64,000 nucleotides of DNA from an uncultured Lentisphaerales bacterium (GCA_943788985.1 CALSSJ010000010.1:1-64000); one strand, 5' to 3'. Shown: positions 1 to 12,497, counted from the first letter of the stretch. Notes: generated by a model from the sequence alone, not told the origin. Numbers and translations: made by a program.

Positions 1-81
1 CCCGAATCGTCACTCTGTCGCGTGATGCCTACCACCGCAACGTCACCCTCGGGCAATCTGGAGACAACCTCGTGCTCCGGT

Positions 82-94
82 TGCGAACTCCGCA
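82..94 (+). repeat. Iterated motif TGCGAACTCCGCA, copy 1
   Basis: Exact 13-mer; encodes LRTP in the LamG-like ORF. Confidence 0.8.
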
Positions 95-375
95 CACCGG
101 CGACAATGGCGCCGAACCAGAAGTCACTTTTGGCACGCTGAAAGCGGGCACGCATCGGCATGTGGTGGTCAGCTATACGAACGGGGTACTAAGCTGCTAC
201 CAAGACGGCCAGCAGGTACTCTTCAGCGACCAGATCCGTGGCGACCTTTGCAACTAGGCCGAGTACGAGCTCGTATTCGGAGACGAGTGGCAGGACCCAC
301 GATATTGGCAAGTGACGATCAAGCGGGTCACAATGCTTCGCGAGGCACTTCAGCCAGCCGCCGCTCTAGCGCGCA

Positions 376-390
376 TTGCGAACTCCGCAA
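376..390 (+). repeat. Iterated motif TTGCGAACTCCGCAA, copy 2
   Basis: Exact 15-mer; arms extend to GCATTGCG/CGCAATGC. Confidence 0.9.
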
Positions 391-412
391 TGCCCGCTGA
401 ATTGCGAGAAGG

Positions 413-489
413 TGGTACCCCCAACCGGATTCGAACCGGTGTTACCAGGATGAGAACCTGGCGTCCTAGGCCGTCTAGACGATAGGGGC
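413..489 (-). tRNA. tRNA-Glu (anticodon CTC)
   Basis: Reverse complement GCCCCTATCGTCTAGACGGCCTAGGACGCCAGGTTCTCATCCTGGTAACACCGGTTCGAATCCGGTTGGGGGTACCA: cloverleaf, anticodon arm CCAGG-TTCTCAT-CCTGG, GTTCGAATC T-loop, encoded CCA. Confidence 0.97.
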
Positions 490-507
490 ATTCCACGCGA
501 AGCCGGT

Positions 508-536
508 ATCATAACCGCCTTCGCGTCACAAGACAA
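508..536 (-). promoter_or_regulatory. Putative sigma-70 promoter of tRNA-Glu
   Basis: TTGTCT-17 nt-TATGAT on the minus strand just upstream of the tRNA. Confidence 0.55.
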
Positions 537-1090
537 AACGCTTTCTTTCAGCCAGCCATATTTCGGTGCAGGTCTATCCAGGACATGCGCCGGCACGAAC
601 CGTACTCAACTATGGCCTTTTCATCAGCGGGGTGGTCGCCTTTATCGGGGTGTTCTCTTAACGCGGTTGGTGCCACCTACGAGTTTCAGTGAGGCCTAGC
701 CAGACGGTGGCAACTTCCCCTCTCTCCGGTAATTCGAAAGCATTTACATAGGCCCGGTGCGCGAGCGACGCGCTAGAACCGTCGGTGATGACGTCACTGC
801 GATTCCTGCAGCGGACCTACTTGCCAACCTGCGTCGTGAGATTTTGGGGTGACGGTTGATTTCGATCGGGGGGCGCACGCCGACGACCTTGCGGAACCCC
901 TATGCTGCACCGTGAATTGGAAAAAAAATAATTGGATCCTGTCTGTCTTTCCCTTCCTTCCAAGCTGTAGAATACGGGATTGTTGCCTGCAGCTTTCCAG
1001 AGGAAAGTGGAACCGTCGAGGCAACCTGCATGTCGGTCCTGCGCTTGATCTCTAAGCCCAACTGGGGGCGAATGATTTGACCCCCACTCA

Positions 1091-1114
1091 GGGCAGCCCG
1101 GAACCGGGCTGCCC
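1091..1114. terminator. GC-rich hairpin downstream of ahpC
   Basis: Perfect inverted repeat GGGCAGCCCGG-AA-CCGGGCTGCCC, 10 nt after the stop; no clear U-tract. Confidence 0.55.
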
Positions 1115-1124
1115 CGGCTTACCG

Positions 1125-1712
1125 TCAGTGGCTGGCGAGGTAGCTCGCAACACCTTCGGCGGATGGAGTCATCGCGTCGTCGCCGTCCTTCCAGTCAGCG
1201 GGACAGACATCACCATGGGTCTCATGGAAGATCAACGCGTCCAAGGTGCGGACCGCCTCGTCAATGTTCCGCCCGATTGGCAGATCATTGATGGTCGAGT
1301 GGCGCACAACGCCTTCCTTGTCGATCAGAAACAGACCGCGCAAGGCAACACTTTCGTTCAACAGGATGCCGTAGTCGCGGGCAATCTGTTTGCTGAGATC
1401 TGCCACCAGCGGATAGCCAACTCGGCCAATGCCGCCAGCTTCCGGTGCGGTCTCGCGCCACGCGAAATGCGTGAAATGGGAGTCGACAGACACGCCGATC
1501 ACTTCGCAGCCACGGCTCTTGAACTCGCTCAGCTTGCGGTCGAAAGCGATGATCTCGCTCGGACAGACGAAGGTGAAGTCGAGCGGATAGAAGAAAAGCA
1601 CCACGTACTTTCCCTTTTGGCTGGAAAGGGTGAAGGCCTCGTCAAAGGACCCATCAGCCATGACGGCGGTAGCGGTGAAATCAGGTGCGGGATTGGTAAC
1701 AAGAGTGGCCAT
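1125..1712 (-). CDS. ahpC: 2-Cys peroxiredoxin (AhpC/Prx1 family)
   Basis: FFYPLDFTFVCPSE and C-terminal VCPADW motifs; start taken at MATLVTNPAPDF. Confidence 0.93.
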   Translation of the reverse strand: MATLVTNPAPDFTATAVMADGSFDEAFTLSSQKGKYVVLFFYPLDFTFVCPSEIIAFDRKLSEFKSRGCEVIGVSVDSHFTHFAWRETAPEAGGIGRVGYPLVADLSKQIARDYGILLNESVALRGLFLIDKEGVVRHSTINDLPIGRNIDEAVRTLDALIFHETHGDVCPADWKDGDDAMTPSAEGVASYLASH

Positions 1713-1779
1713 AACAGCTCCAGGATTCGGGTGAGAAGAAAGGGATACAGTAACTCGTCCGCTGTGGTTTCCAGTGGGA

Positions 1780-2892
<1,113 letters not shown>

Positions 2893-2893
<1 letters not shown>

Positions 2894-3663
2894 TATGTGG
2901 CCTCCGATTTGCGCACAAAAAGCGGTTTCCCGGGTGTGGAACCCACCGCATCATACACATAGCCGTCCTCGGCAAAGGCCAACAGCTCGGCCTCAGTGCT
3001 AACGCGCCGCTGCACCATGTACCGGGCCATCGTGCCACGCGCTCGCTTGGCAAAGAAGCTAATCATCTTCAGCTTGCCGTCGCGGTGCTCGCGAAACTGC
3101 GGCTCGATGATCGTGGCGCAGACCAGCTTGCGCTTCACGGCCCGAAAGTACTCGTTCGAGGCCAAGTTCAGCAGGATCTTTGATTCGCTCGCTGCCAGCG
3201 CGGCATTCAGTGCCTCGGTGGGCTTGCTGCCCCAGAATTCGTAGAGGTTCTTGCCGCGTGGATTCTCAAGCTTGGTGCCCATCTCCAGGCGATGTGGCTG
3301 GATGCGGTCCAGTGGCCGCAACAGCCCGTAAAGACCAGACAAGATCCGCAGATGGTCCTGCGCATAGGCCAGTTCGTCTTCGGCCAGACTCACCGCCTCC
3401 AGGCCATCATAGACATCCCCTGCGAAAGCATACGCTGCGGCCTTAGCCATGTCTGGCTGCGGGATCTCAAACGTGGTGTAGCGCTCTTCGTTCAAGGCAC
3501 CCAGCTTTTCGCTGATCCCCATCAAGCTTTGTAGACCGGGGCCGTCGAAGGTGCGCATGACTGTGTGGAGCGCACCCGTGTCGGCCAAGAAGTCTGGATC
3601 CGTGGTGCGCCCTTCGAGCGGTGCGAAGTCGAGAGACTTGGCGGGAGAGAGAACTGCGAGCAT
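2893..3663 (-). CDS. yaaA: Peroxide stress protein YaaA (UPF0246)
   Basis: SPAKSLDF, LSGLYGLLRPLD, RLEMG, NLASNEY and AKRARG motifs. Confidence 0.93.
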
Positions 3664-3678
3664 GATCTATTCCAAGGT

Positions 3679-3693
3679 TTGCGAACTCCGCAA
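3679..3693 (+). repeat. Iterated motif TTGCGAACTCCGCAA, copy 4
   Basis: Exact 15-mer, intergenic, just upstream of the yaaA start. Confidence 0.9.
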
Positions 3694-3865
3694 CTCTAGC
3701 GTCGATCGTCTGAAGTGAGCCAACAGATCGCGAGAAAGACGAACGAAGCGGAAGATTCCTGACAAGTCTGCGCCCCGGTGTAGCGTACCCAGTTTTGCGC
3801 CAGAATCACGGGATTTTCCTGTGCTGGCAGGCTACACAATCGCCTGAGAAACTATGGGGCACATC

Positions 3866-5158
3866 ATGAAAGAGATCCGCGTCGGCTTGTTGGGATTTGG
3901 TACCATCGGCACTGGGATGGTAAAATGGATTCAGGATAACGGCGAACTAATCGCCGCCAGAACCGGCATTACCCTGACCACTACCCGCATTGCTGATCTC
4001 GACATTACCACGGATCGTGGGGTGTCTTTGCCGGAGGGCGTACTGACGACGGATGCGAACGATGTGCTGCATGGCGATGATGTCGACGTGGTCGTCGAAC
4101 TCGTCGGTGGGACCGGGATCGCGCTCACCTTTGTGCTTGCTGCATTGAACGCGGGTAAGCCCGTCGTGACGGCTAACAAAGCGTTGCTCGCCTATCATGG
4201 CGATGAAATTTTTGCAGCGGCAAGTGCCAATCACGTCGATGTCTATTACGAGGCAAGTGTTGGCGGCGGCATCCCAATCATCAAGGCATTTCGCGAAGGG
4301 CTGGTGGCGAACAACGTCACCGCCGCTTACGGAATTCTGAATGGCACTTGTAACTACATTCTCACCCGTATGGAGCGCGAAGGCGCACCGTTCGACCAGA
4401 TTCTGAGCGAGGCGCAGGCGCTTGGCTTTGCTGAGGCCGAGCCATCGCTGGATGTGGATGGCGATGACACCGCCCACAAAGCCTGCGTGCTGGGCTCGCT
4501 GGCCTGCGGCAAGTGGCTGGGCATGGATTCGATTGCCAAGCAGGGGATTCGCGATGTCACCACCGATGACATCAGCATCGCCTTAGAAGCGGGGTATCGC
4601 ATCAAGCTACTGGGCATCATCAAGCAAGATAAGGACGGCCTGCAGATTCGCGTACAGCCAACGCTGGTGCCGATTAAGTCGATGATCGGCGGCGTGATGG
4701 AAGTGTACAACGCGGTCTTCGTGACTGGCGACGCCGTGGGCGACACCATGTTCTACGGTGCTGGTGCCGGACGCGATGCGACCGCCAGTGCGGTGATCGC
4801 AGATCTTGTCGATGTAGGCCTGAACCTGGCTAACGGCACGGCACGCCGGACCCCGCCATTCTGTCCCTACAACGACAGTGTCAGTCTCCCCCCAGCCGCC
4901 GACATCGTCACACGCCACTACGTGCGCGTACATGCGGAGGATCAGCCGAACGTGATGGCCCAGTTAACGGCCGCGTTTGGCAAAGCAGGTATTGGACTGG
5001 CAGAGGTCATCCAGCACCAGACGTCCGGCCCAAGTGTGCCGATCGTTTTCATGACCCATCCGGCCCGCGAAGGCCTGGTCACCGAGACGCTGGAGCAGAT
5101 TTCTGATCTGGCCGCGGTGACCGCACCACCGGTTCATTTTCGTATCGAAGACATGTGA
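3866..5158 (+). CDS. hom: Homoserine dehydrogenase with C-terminal ACT domain
   Basis: GLLGFGTIG, VVTANK, EASVGGGIP, GILNGTCNYIL and GAG...TASAV motifs. Confidence 0.95.
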   Translation: MKEIRVGLLGFGTIGTGMVKWIQDNGELIAARTGITLTTTRIADLDITTDRGVSLPEGVLTTDANDVLHGDDVDVVVELVGGTGIALTFVLAALNAGKPVVTANKALLAYHGDEIFAAASANHVDVYYEASVGGGIPIIKAFREGLVANNVTAAYGILNGTCNYILTRMEREGAPFDQILSEAQALGFAEAEPSLDVDGDDTAHKACVLGSLACGKWLGMDSIAKQGIRDVTTDDISIALEAGYRIKLLGIIKQDKDGLQIRVQPTLVPIKSMIGGVMEVYNAVFVTGDAVGDTMFYGAGAGRDATASAVIADLVDVGLNLANGTARRTPPFCPYNDSVSLPPAADIVTRHYVRVHAEDQPNVMAQLTAAFGKAGIGLAEVIQHQTSGPSVPIVFMTHPAREGLVTETLEQISDLAAVTAPPVHFRIEDM

Positions 5159-5207
5159 GCGCTTTCCGCGCTGAAGCCTGCACAGAATCAGGCAAGGAGA
5201 TAGTGTG

Positions 5208-6791
5208 ATGTCCAACACCATAAAAATTTACGACACGACCCTACGCGACGGCGCACAAGCAGAAGGGGTTTCCTTCTCAAAGATCGACAAAGTCCGCATC
5301 GCCCGGATGCTCGACAGCTTCGGCGTCAGCTACATCGAAGGCGGCTGGCCAGGCTCGAACCCCAAAGACATGGGCTTCTTCGAGGATGTCCGCGGGCTGA
5401 CGTTCGAACATGCGAAGATCGCAGCGTTCGGCAGCACCCGACGTGCCACCAACAGCGTCGAGGACGACTACAACATCAAGCTGCTGCTGCAGGCCGAGTC
5501 ACCGGCAGTAACGATCGTTGGCAAGAGCTCGCTGCTACACGTGAACTACGTCCTGCGCGTGGACCCAGACGTGAACCTCACGCTCATCGGCGACTCCTGC
5601 CAGTACCTGCGTGATCAGGGCCGCGAGGTCATCTACGACGCCGAGCACTTCTTCGACGGCTACGAAGAGAATGCTGACTACACGATGTCGACCATCCTGG
5701 CGGCCGCAAACTCCGGTGCCCACTGCATCGTGCTTTGCGACACCAATGGCGGCAGCTTGCCGAGTCGCGTCACCCAGATCGTGACTGAAGTGCGCAGGCG
5801 CTTGCCCGAAGGTGTAGAAGTAGGCATCCACACGCACAACGACAGCGGCTGCGGCGTTGCCAACTCGATCGCTGCAATCGAGTCTGGAGCCGTGCACATC
5901 CAGGGCACGATCAACGGCATCGGCGAGCGCTGCGGCAATGCCGACCTCTGCTCCGTGATCCCGAATCTAGAGCTGAAGATGGGCAGGCGCTGTCTTCCCG
6001 ACGGCCGCCTGGCGCTGTTGAAAGAGACCAGCGACTTCGTCACCGACCTGGCGAACATGCAGCCGAACATTCGCCTGCCCTACGTCGGGGCCACAGCCTT
6101 TGCCCACAAGGGCGGCATTCACGTGGACGCCGTCAAGAAGGTCTCCAAGTCCTACGAGCACATCGAGCCAGAGCAGGTTGGCAATCGCCGGCGCGTTCTC
6201 GTCTCCGACCTGTCCGGCGGCGCGAGCGTGCTGATGAAGGCCGAAGAGCACAACATCAAGCTCGAGGCAAAGAGTCCTGAAGTGAAGGCAATTCTCGCCG
6301 AGCTGAAGAAGCTCGAGAACCAAGGCTACGAGTTCGAGGCAGCCGGCGCATCCTTTCAGGTGTTGATGCAGAAGATTCTCGAGACCCATACGCCGTTCTT
6401 CAAACTCGACGGCTATCGTGTGATCGTCGAAAAGCGCGGCCATGACGAGCCATGCCTCAGCGAAGCCACCGTGAAGGTGATTGTGAACGGGGAGACAGAG
6501 CTCTCTGCTGCAGAAGGCGACGGTCCGGTGAACGCGTTGGATCAGGCACTGCGCAAGGCCCTCATGCGCTTTTACCCGCAGGTCGCAGACGTGCAGCTAC
6601 GCGACTTCAAGGTACGCATTGTCGAAGGCGAGACTGGGACCGCAGCCCGCACGCGGGTACTGATTGAGTCCAGCGATGGTAAGCGCAACTGGGGCACAGT
6701 CGGTGTCAGCGAGAACATTATCGAGGCATCTTGGGAAGCCTTGGTCGACTCGGTCGAATATGCCCTCTACGAGGGCGCCAAAGACCACTGA
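5208..6791 (+). CDS. cimA: Citramalate synthase (LeuA/CimA family)
   Basis: YDTTLRDGAQ, EGGWPGSNPKD, DAEHFFDG, HTHND, GERCGNA and LeuA-type regulatory domain; AAGGAG RBS. Confidence 0.9.
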   Translation: MSNTIKIYDTTLRDGAQAEGVSFSKIDKVRIARMLDSFGVSYIEGGWPGSNPKDMGFFEDVRGLTFEHAKIAAFGSTRRATNSVEDDYNIKLLLQAESPAVTIVGKSSLLHVNYVLRVDPDVNLTLIGDSCQYLRDQGREVIYDAEHFFDGYEENADYTMSTILAAANSGAHCIVLCDTNGGSLPSRVTQIVTEVRRRLPEGVEVGIHTHNDSGCGVANSIAAIESGAVHIQGTINGIGERCGNADLCSVIPNLELKMGRRCLPDGRLALLKETSDFVTDLANMQPNIRLPYVGATAFAHKGGIHVDAVKKVSKSYEHIEPEQVGNRRRVLVSDLSGGASVLMKAEEHNIKLEAKSPEVKAILAELKKLENQGYEFEAAGASFQVLMQKILETHTPFFKLDGYRVIVEKRGHDEPCLSEATVKVIVNGETELSAAEGDGPVNALDQALRKALMRFYPQVADVQLRDFKVRIVEGETGTAARTRVLIESSDGKRNWGTVGVSENIIEASWEALVDSVEYALYEGAKDH

Positions 6792-6809
6792 CATCGCCTT
6801 CCCAGGGAG

Positions 6810-6848
6810 GCTGGGGCCTCAGGCTAACTCAAAGCCGAGGGCCTCGGC
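6810..6848. terminator. Imperfect hairpin between convergent genes
   Basis: GCTGGGGCC...GGCCTCGGC with inner GGCT/AGCC pairing. Confidence 0.35.
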
Positions 6849-6979
6849 CAGCTGCTAGGCGAGCTATTTCGCTCGCTTCTTGCCAGCCACAGTGACGCAT
6901 GGCTTCAAGGCTGATCCCCCGAAAAACGACAGCACCAACCACAGCATGTCTTTCGCGGTCTGTCACTGAAGCTGCACCT

Positions 6980-9330
6980 TCATCGATGTGCACCTTCGAT
7001 CTCTTGCACGCGTTTCAAACTCCCGGCTGCCGCCTGGTGCGACGGATCAATCTTCAGCGCTCGCTCGAAGCAGTCGACCGCCTTGGCCCATTCCTTTTGC
7101 CTAGCCCAGATGTTGCCAAGGTTGGTGTACGTATTGGCGTCTGGTGCCAAAGCCAGCGCGGCCCGAAACGCCTCGCTGGCACCAGGTAAATCGCCCGTCT
7201 GCGTCAAGCAGAAGGCGTACTCACGGTGCACTCTCGGGTTTGCGGAGTCCGCAACCGTGAGTTGGCGAAGCGCGGGCAAGGCCGCCGCATAGGCCTTGGC
7301 CTGCAGGCTCTCCGCTACGATCGCTCGATAGATCGGCACTGCTATGCTGATCTCGGCCTGCGCGAGATGATCCAGGGCCTCGTCGGGCCGCCCCAGATCC
7401 GTCAGACAGCTCGCGATCCCCCTGAGCGCAACGGCATGGTCGGGCGCCTGCTTCAGGATGATCCGATACTCGTTAAGAGCACGCTCCAACTTCCCAGACT
7501 CGCGCAACGCCCGAGCGAGGTTCTGGCGGGCGGGGATCAGGTCCGGCTGGAGTTCCAGCGCCTTGGCAAACAGGGGCATTGCCTCGGACAGCTTCCCTGC
7601 CTTGGCGAAGGCCTGCCCTTGGTTCACATACACGTTTACCCATCCCGGCTTCAGAGCCAGGGCTCTGTCGTAGAGTCTGCTGGCTTCGGCTTGGTTGCCG
7701 CTGGCAGCCGTAAGGCCTGCCAGCTCCAGGGTGGCCTCGGCATGCGCGGGCTCCAGTTCTACGGCACGAGCGAGTGCGGACTCCGCAGCTTCCAGCCTCC
7801 CCGAGCGCTTGAGAGCCAGGCCCAGGTTGTACTGCGCTTCCGGCAGATTCTGGTTCAAGGCGACCGCGCGCTCAAGGTGCGGGAGCGCCTCTTCTAAGCG
7901 ATTGTCTTTCAGATACGCAGCTCCAAGTGCGGCGCGGGACTTAGCCCAGTCGGGGGCATGCTTGATCGACTCCACCAAGTGGCCGATGGCCTTTTCGCCT
8001 TCCCCGCGCAGAAACAGATGCCTGCCCAGCATTTCGTGAACCATGTGGTTGGTAGGCGAGTATTGAAGCGCATGCGCGGCCAACGTATCGGTGTTACGCC
8101 AGGTCCCCACTTGGCGGTGGGCCAGCAGCGCCAAAACAGCCACGGCAACTGCGGAGATCGCACCGACTGCGCCCCGCAGCTTAGGCCGCGATTCGACACA
8201 ATCGCGAAGGCCCCATGCGAGCGCGATAAACACGCCGATGAGCGGGACATAGGTATAGCGATCAGCCATCGCCTGCGCCCCCACCTGCACGATCCCGATC
8301 ACTGGCACCAACGTCCCCACGTACCAGAGCCAGCCAACCACAAGATACGGTTTGCGAACTCCGCAACGCACGGCTCCGTAGGATACGGCGATCAGCAGTC
8401 CGGGCCCGCGCCAATGATCTTGAGCATCGACAGCGAGGCTAAGGGGTGCGGGTAGTAATAGATCAGCCCGATCGGGGCGATGGTATGCCAGAGATACCCC
8501 ACGTAGGCCACGATTGCATTGGTGAAGCGGTGGCTGAGCGGAATCACATCGGTACTTGCCACCGCCTCGCCTTGGGCGATCACGACCAACGCACAAAACA
8601 CGATCGCCAGGCCCAGCAAGGGCAGCTTCTCGATCGCCAAGCGCCGAAACTCCGGCAGTGCCGACCGGCCCTGCGACAGCGACACTCGCTTCAGCGGCCA
8701 GATGTCCATCAGCAGCAGTACACACGGGACGGTGACCAGCATTTGCTTGGCGAGCAAGCCTAGGAGTAGACAGCCCGCGACGGCAAGATAGCGCAGGGTT
8801 CCAGGCTTCCGGGCATACCGCACGTACAGCCATAACGTCAGCATCCAGAGGACTGTGCTCAGCGTGTCCTTGCGTTCCGATACCCAGGCGACGGACTCGA
8901 CGTGCAGGGGATGAATCGCGAACAGTGTCGCGACCAGTAACGAGGGCCAAAGCTGACGCGTGGCGAGATGCAGGACGCGCAATAACAGACAGCTGGCCAG
9001 GATATGCATCAGCAGGTTGCTGAGGTGATGCCCGCCAGCATTAAGCCCGAACAGGGCGCAGTCAACCATGTGCGCCAGCCAGGTAAGCGGATGGTAGTTC
9101 GAGGAGTGAAACGCGGTAAAGGCCCAGCGAATCCCGGTGCCGGTCAGGCCGGCCTGCACCTGTGCGTTCTCAACGATGTAATCGACGTCGTCGAAAGCGA
9201 CAAACTCGAAGCTGTGCACCGGCCAGAACACGGCCAGTGTCAGCGTGATCAGGGCGATGTACACGGCCACGACGGTCGCCGTCGAGTCTACGGTAGGTGA
9301 CGCAGGCTTACCTGCAGAGGACTTCGCCAT
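6980..9330 (-). CDS. TMTC-like membrane protein (GT-C-like N-terminus plus TPR repeats), frameshifted near 8400-8408
   Basis: FDD.DYI, YHPLTWL, HPLHVESVAWVSERKD in ORF 8392-9330; ADRYTYVP followed by multiple TPRs in ORF 6980-8950. Confidence 0.85.
8352..8366 (+). repeat. Iterated motif TTGCGAACTCCGCAA, copy 5
   Basis: Exact 15-mer; encodes CGVRK on the minus strand. Confidence 0.9.
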
Positions 9331-9419
9331 CGATTCAAAAATCCGGCTAGAAGAAAGAGTGGCCCTACCTTAGCAGGCCGTGGCCAAATGCCACATCCAA
9401 ACCCAGATCGGGAACCGCG

Positions 9420-10362
9420 TTAAACGGAGGCGGGCGGGGTCTCAATGAGATCCCACATCGCTTCAGCGCCGCCATCCTGCATCGCGCCACGCATGATCTC
9501 CTTCCCAGCACGGTAGACATCCGCCATGCGTTTGGCGTCGCCTGACTTGGGCGCAGCTCGCCCTTCGAGCAAAGCCGCGAGACGGGCCTCGATCTCACAG
9601 AGCCCCAGTTCACGAGCAACCTCTGCCTGCAGCACCATGGCTTGTCCTTCGATCACCACATTGAACGGTGCCATCGGATCACGCTGCCCTGCCAGGCGCT
9701 CAGCGAGGCCAGTTTCTTGATCCTGGAGCGCGTGGACCAACTCATGCGCGAGAGTGAGGCGGATGACGTCATCCAGATGCGAGCTGTCCAGGCCTGCCTC
9801 TTCGAGCAGACGGTCTGAATTCTCTGGCAACAGGTAGATCTCGCCCGTACGAATCCCGTATTTGCCGATCACGTAGGGCATCATGCGTAAGGAAGACTGC
9901 ATGGCGGTGAGTTCCAGCAGATGATTGGTCAATGCATCGCTGCACTTTTCGCAGCCAGTTCCCAGCTCATCCGCGAGTAGGGCTCCGACCTCCAGCCAAT
10001 CAACCAGCTTCACCGTCGGATAGGTCGAAAAGCTCCGCCCAGAAACCTTCTCGACGGGCCGGGATGATCGAGACCATCCAGGCGGACGCATCTTGCTGGC
10101 TGAAGGGAAAGTCAGGACGTGGTTTTCTCGGGGGCGCGGCGGCCTTACGCAGGGCGCGCTGAATCATGGAGATGCCGACGATGCTGAAGAGAAACACGAC
10201 GACGCTCAGAAAGGTGAAGATGAGCAGACTGGAAGCCCGCTCTTGGAGCGAGACCGTGTTGCGGAAATACATGTTGAAGCCGACCATTGCGGTCAACATC
10301 ACGGTAATCAACAGTCCAACGCTCATGACCAGTGCAGCCAATCGATACGATGCTTTTCTCAT
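9420..10362 (-). CDS. Membrane-anchored putative zincin (HExxH) protein, frameshifted near 10056-10058
   Basis: Two N-terminal TM helices, then AHELVHALQDQ and EGQA. Removing one C joins the two ORFs as IIPAVEKVSGR. Confidence 0.65.
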
Positions 10363-10473
10363 TTTTGCCTACCCACGCGCGTTCACATCAAAGCCCTCTA
10401 TCTGGAGGACGCTCGGCAACGCAAAACTGCACGCACTTCTACTGAATTACCTTCCGACCGCGTAGAAAATGGG

Positions 10474-11367
10474 TCAGGCTGACTGCACAGGCATGCAGAA
10501 ATCCAGACCTATATCGATCGCGGGAGATGAGTGTGTGAGTGCGCCGGCCGAGATGTAGTCCACACCGGTGACCGCTACCTCCGGGACGCGGCCCAAGGTA
10601 ATGCCACCGCTGGCCTCGAGCAGGCACTGCTGGTAAATCTCTTTGCGAAGCTCGTGCGCCTTGCGCATTTGCTGACAAGTCATGTTATCCAGCAGGACGT
10701 AATCTGCCTGGACCTCTAACGCCTCTTTGACCTCGTCCAGCGAGTCAGCTTCTACCTCCACCTCTAGGATCGGGTATTGGCGCCTGCAGGCTTTGACGGC
10801 GCGGGTGATCCCGCCGGGCCCTTCCAGCGCGGCAATCAGACGGTGGTTGTCTTTGATCATGATGCGATCGTAGAGGCCAAAGCGGTGATTTTCCCCGCCG
10901 CCAGCTCGGACGGCGTACTTCTCAAGATGGCGCCAGCCGGGAGTGGTCTTGCGCGTGTCGAGAATTCTCGCACTGGTGCCGCGCACCGCCGCTACATAGT
11001 GCGACGTCATGGTCGCGATCCCGCTCAGCCGCTGCAAATAGTTCAGCAGCGTCCGTTCCGCTGTAAGAATCCCACGGGCTTCGCCTGAGATTTCCGCCAG
11101 GCACTGATCCGCCTCGCAGACCTCGCCGTCCTCGACGTGAATAGAAAGGGCGGCATTGCTACTGGTTTCTGAGAGGACCGCTTCTACAATCTGCAGCCCG
11201 GCCACGACGCAGCGTTCTCGCGCCACTAGTCGCGCATTTACCACCACCCCCTTGGGGGCGATTGCGAGCGTAGTGGCATCGCCCTCGCCGATGTCTTCGG
11301 CAAGCGCGGTCCGCACCATTGACTGTAATTGCTGGGGCTGAAGCGCCGGGTCTGCTCTTAAGGCCAT
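10474..11367 (-). CDS. nadC: Nicotinate-nucleotide diphosphorylase (quinolinate phosphoribosyltransferase)
   Basis: DTRKTTPG, NHRFGL, IKDNH, EVE, LLDN, EASGGI and GALTHS motifs. Confidence 0.95.
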   Translation of the reverse strand: MALRADPALQPQQLQSMVRTALAEDIGEGDATTLAIAPKGVVVNARLVARERCVVAGLQIVEAVLSETSSNAALSIHVEDGEVCEADQCLAEISGEARGILTAERTLLNYLQRLSGIATMTSHYVAAVRGTSARILDTRKTTPGWRHLEKYAVRAGGGENHRFGLYDRIMIKDNHRLIAALEGPGGITRAVKACRRQYPILEVEVEADSLDEVKEALEVQADYVLLDNMTCQQMRKAHELRKEIYQQCLLEASGGITLGRVPEVAVTGVDYISAGALTHSSPAIDIGLDFCMPVQSA

Positions 11368-11368
11368 C

Positions 11369-11815
11369 TCATCCGTCCTTGCTTTCCACCATGACGGTCA
11401 CTGGGCCGTCGTTCCTGATCTCCACTCCCATCATGGCTCCAAAGCGGCCAGTTTCCACTCGAAATCCCAAGCCTTGTAAAACTTCGACGAAGTACTCGTA
11501 GATCGGTTCGGCTATTTCCGGTCGAGCCGCCCGCGTAAAATTCGGTCTGCGGCCCTTCCGGCAGTCCCCATAGAGCGTAAACTGCGAGACCACCAACGCC
11601 GCGCCTGCCACGTCCGCGAGCGATCGGTCAAAACGCCCGTCGGCGTCCGCGAAGATTCGCAGGTTCGCGCATTTTTCAGCGATCAGTTTCGCTTCCTCGC
11701 GCGTGTCGCCGTCGCGAACTCCCAGCAGGATCACCATTCCGTGACCGATCTCGCCGATGCACCCGCCGTCTACTGTCACACGCCCGGATCGCACGCGCTG
11801 CACCAAGGCCCTCAT
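11369..11815 (-). CDS. dtd: D-aminoacyl-tRNA deacylase
   Basis: MRALVQRV, SQFTL, GRRP and NDGPVT motifs. Confidence 0.95.
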   Translation of the reverse strand: MRALVQRVRSGRVTVDGGCIGEIGHGMVILLGVRDGDTREEAKLIAEKCANLRIFADADGRFDRSLADVAGAALVVSQFTLYGDCRKGRRPNFTRAARPEIAEPIYEYFVEVLQGLGFRVETGRFGAMMGVEIRNDGPVTVMVESKDG

Positions 11816-12440
11816 TGGTCGATGAACCTCCCTGTTTGGCGCTGCCATGCCTCGCGGGAATTCAAGGGCAGGTCAGGAGAGACATGCAGGACGTCCTCGA
11901 CAGCCTGCCGGAACTGCACCGCAGCTGACCCAGCTGACAGCTGATCTTGTGCCGTAACAAACGCCGGCACCGCAATTTTACGCACCAGCTGCTTGAGCGG
12001 GACGGGCTGTCCCCTCCCCTCGAAATCGCCATATTTCAGTAGCAGCAAGACGGCTCGCATGGCTAGATAGCCCCTAAACAGTCACCCGGTGCTGCCTGCG
12101 GACATCGCACAACCGGCGCTGCAATCAGAAACCGAACCTGCTCCACACCGCTAGACACGATCGTAGCCTGTCCGACGGGCAGCTCGCCAAAATGATTATG
12201 CGAGATGTCCATGCGCAGGTGCGACATCACTTCATTGCCAAACGCCGTCTCGATCACCACATCACGGTCTTCGGGCACCAGCGCGAAGCCATTTGTCGGC
12301 AGCACGATCGCGTCTACCTGCAGATCCAGAATGTCCCCGCCATGGATCGTCACCTCAGGAAGCCGGACGCAATACTCCTGCCAATACTCGATATCATCAC
12401 TATTTTCCGAACAAAGAACAACCTGCATATGCCGCTCCAC
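11812..12440 (-). CDS. Macro-domain (Appr-1-p processing)-like protein, frameshifted near 12065-12074
   Basis: GDILDLQVDAIVLPTN, GELPVGQA and FLIAAP in the first frame; continues as YLAMRAVLL in the next frame and overlaps the dtd start. Confidence 0.65.
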
Positions 12441-12497
12441 CTTCTGCGTTCAGTATACGAAATATTGGCGCAGGTTGCAACCAATTTTGGCTTTGCG

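Larger units (their letters stand above)
1..400 (+). pseudogene. 3' part of a LamG/concanavalin-like domain protein gene, interrupted by in-frame TAG (255-257)
   Basis: Frame open from the window start: RIVTLSRDAYHRNVTLGQSGDNLVLRLRTP...HVVVSY...GDLCN*AEYELVFGDEW...YWQVTI. The LamG-like pattern continues past the stop. End approximate. Confidence 0.55.

Noticed and set aside
81..94. Motif explained purely by protein sequence
   Set aside because: Possible for this one copy (RLRT may be conserved in the LamG-like family), but the other copies use different frames or are intergenic.
413..489. tRNA-Glu as an integration site for a prophage or island
   Set aside because: No integrase and no duplicate of the tRNA 3' end were seen in the window; anything left of position 1 cannot be assessed.
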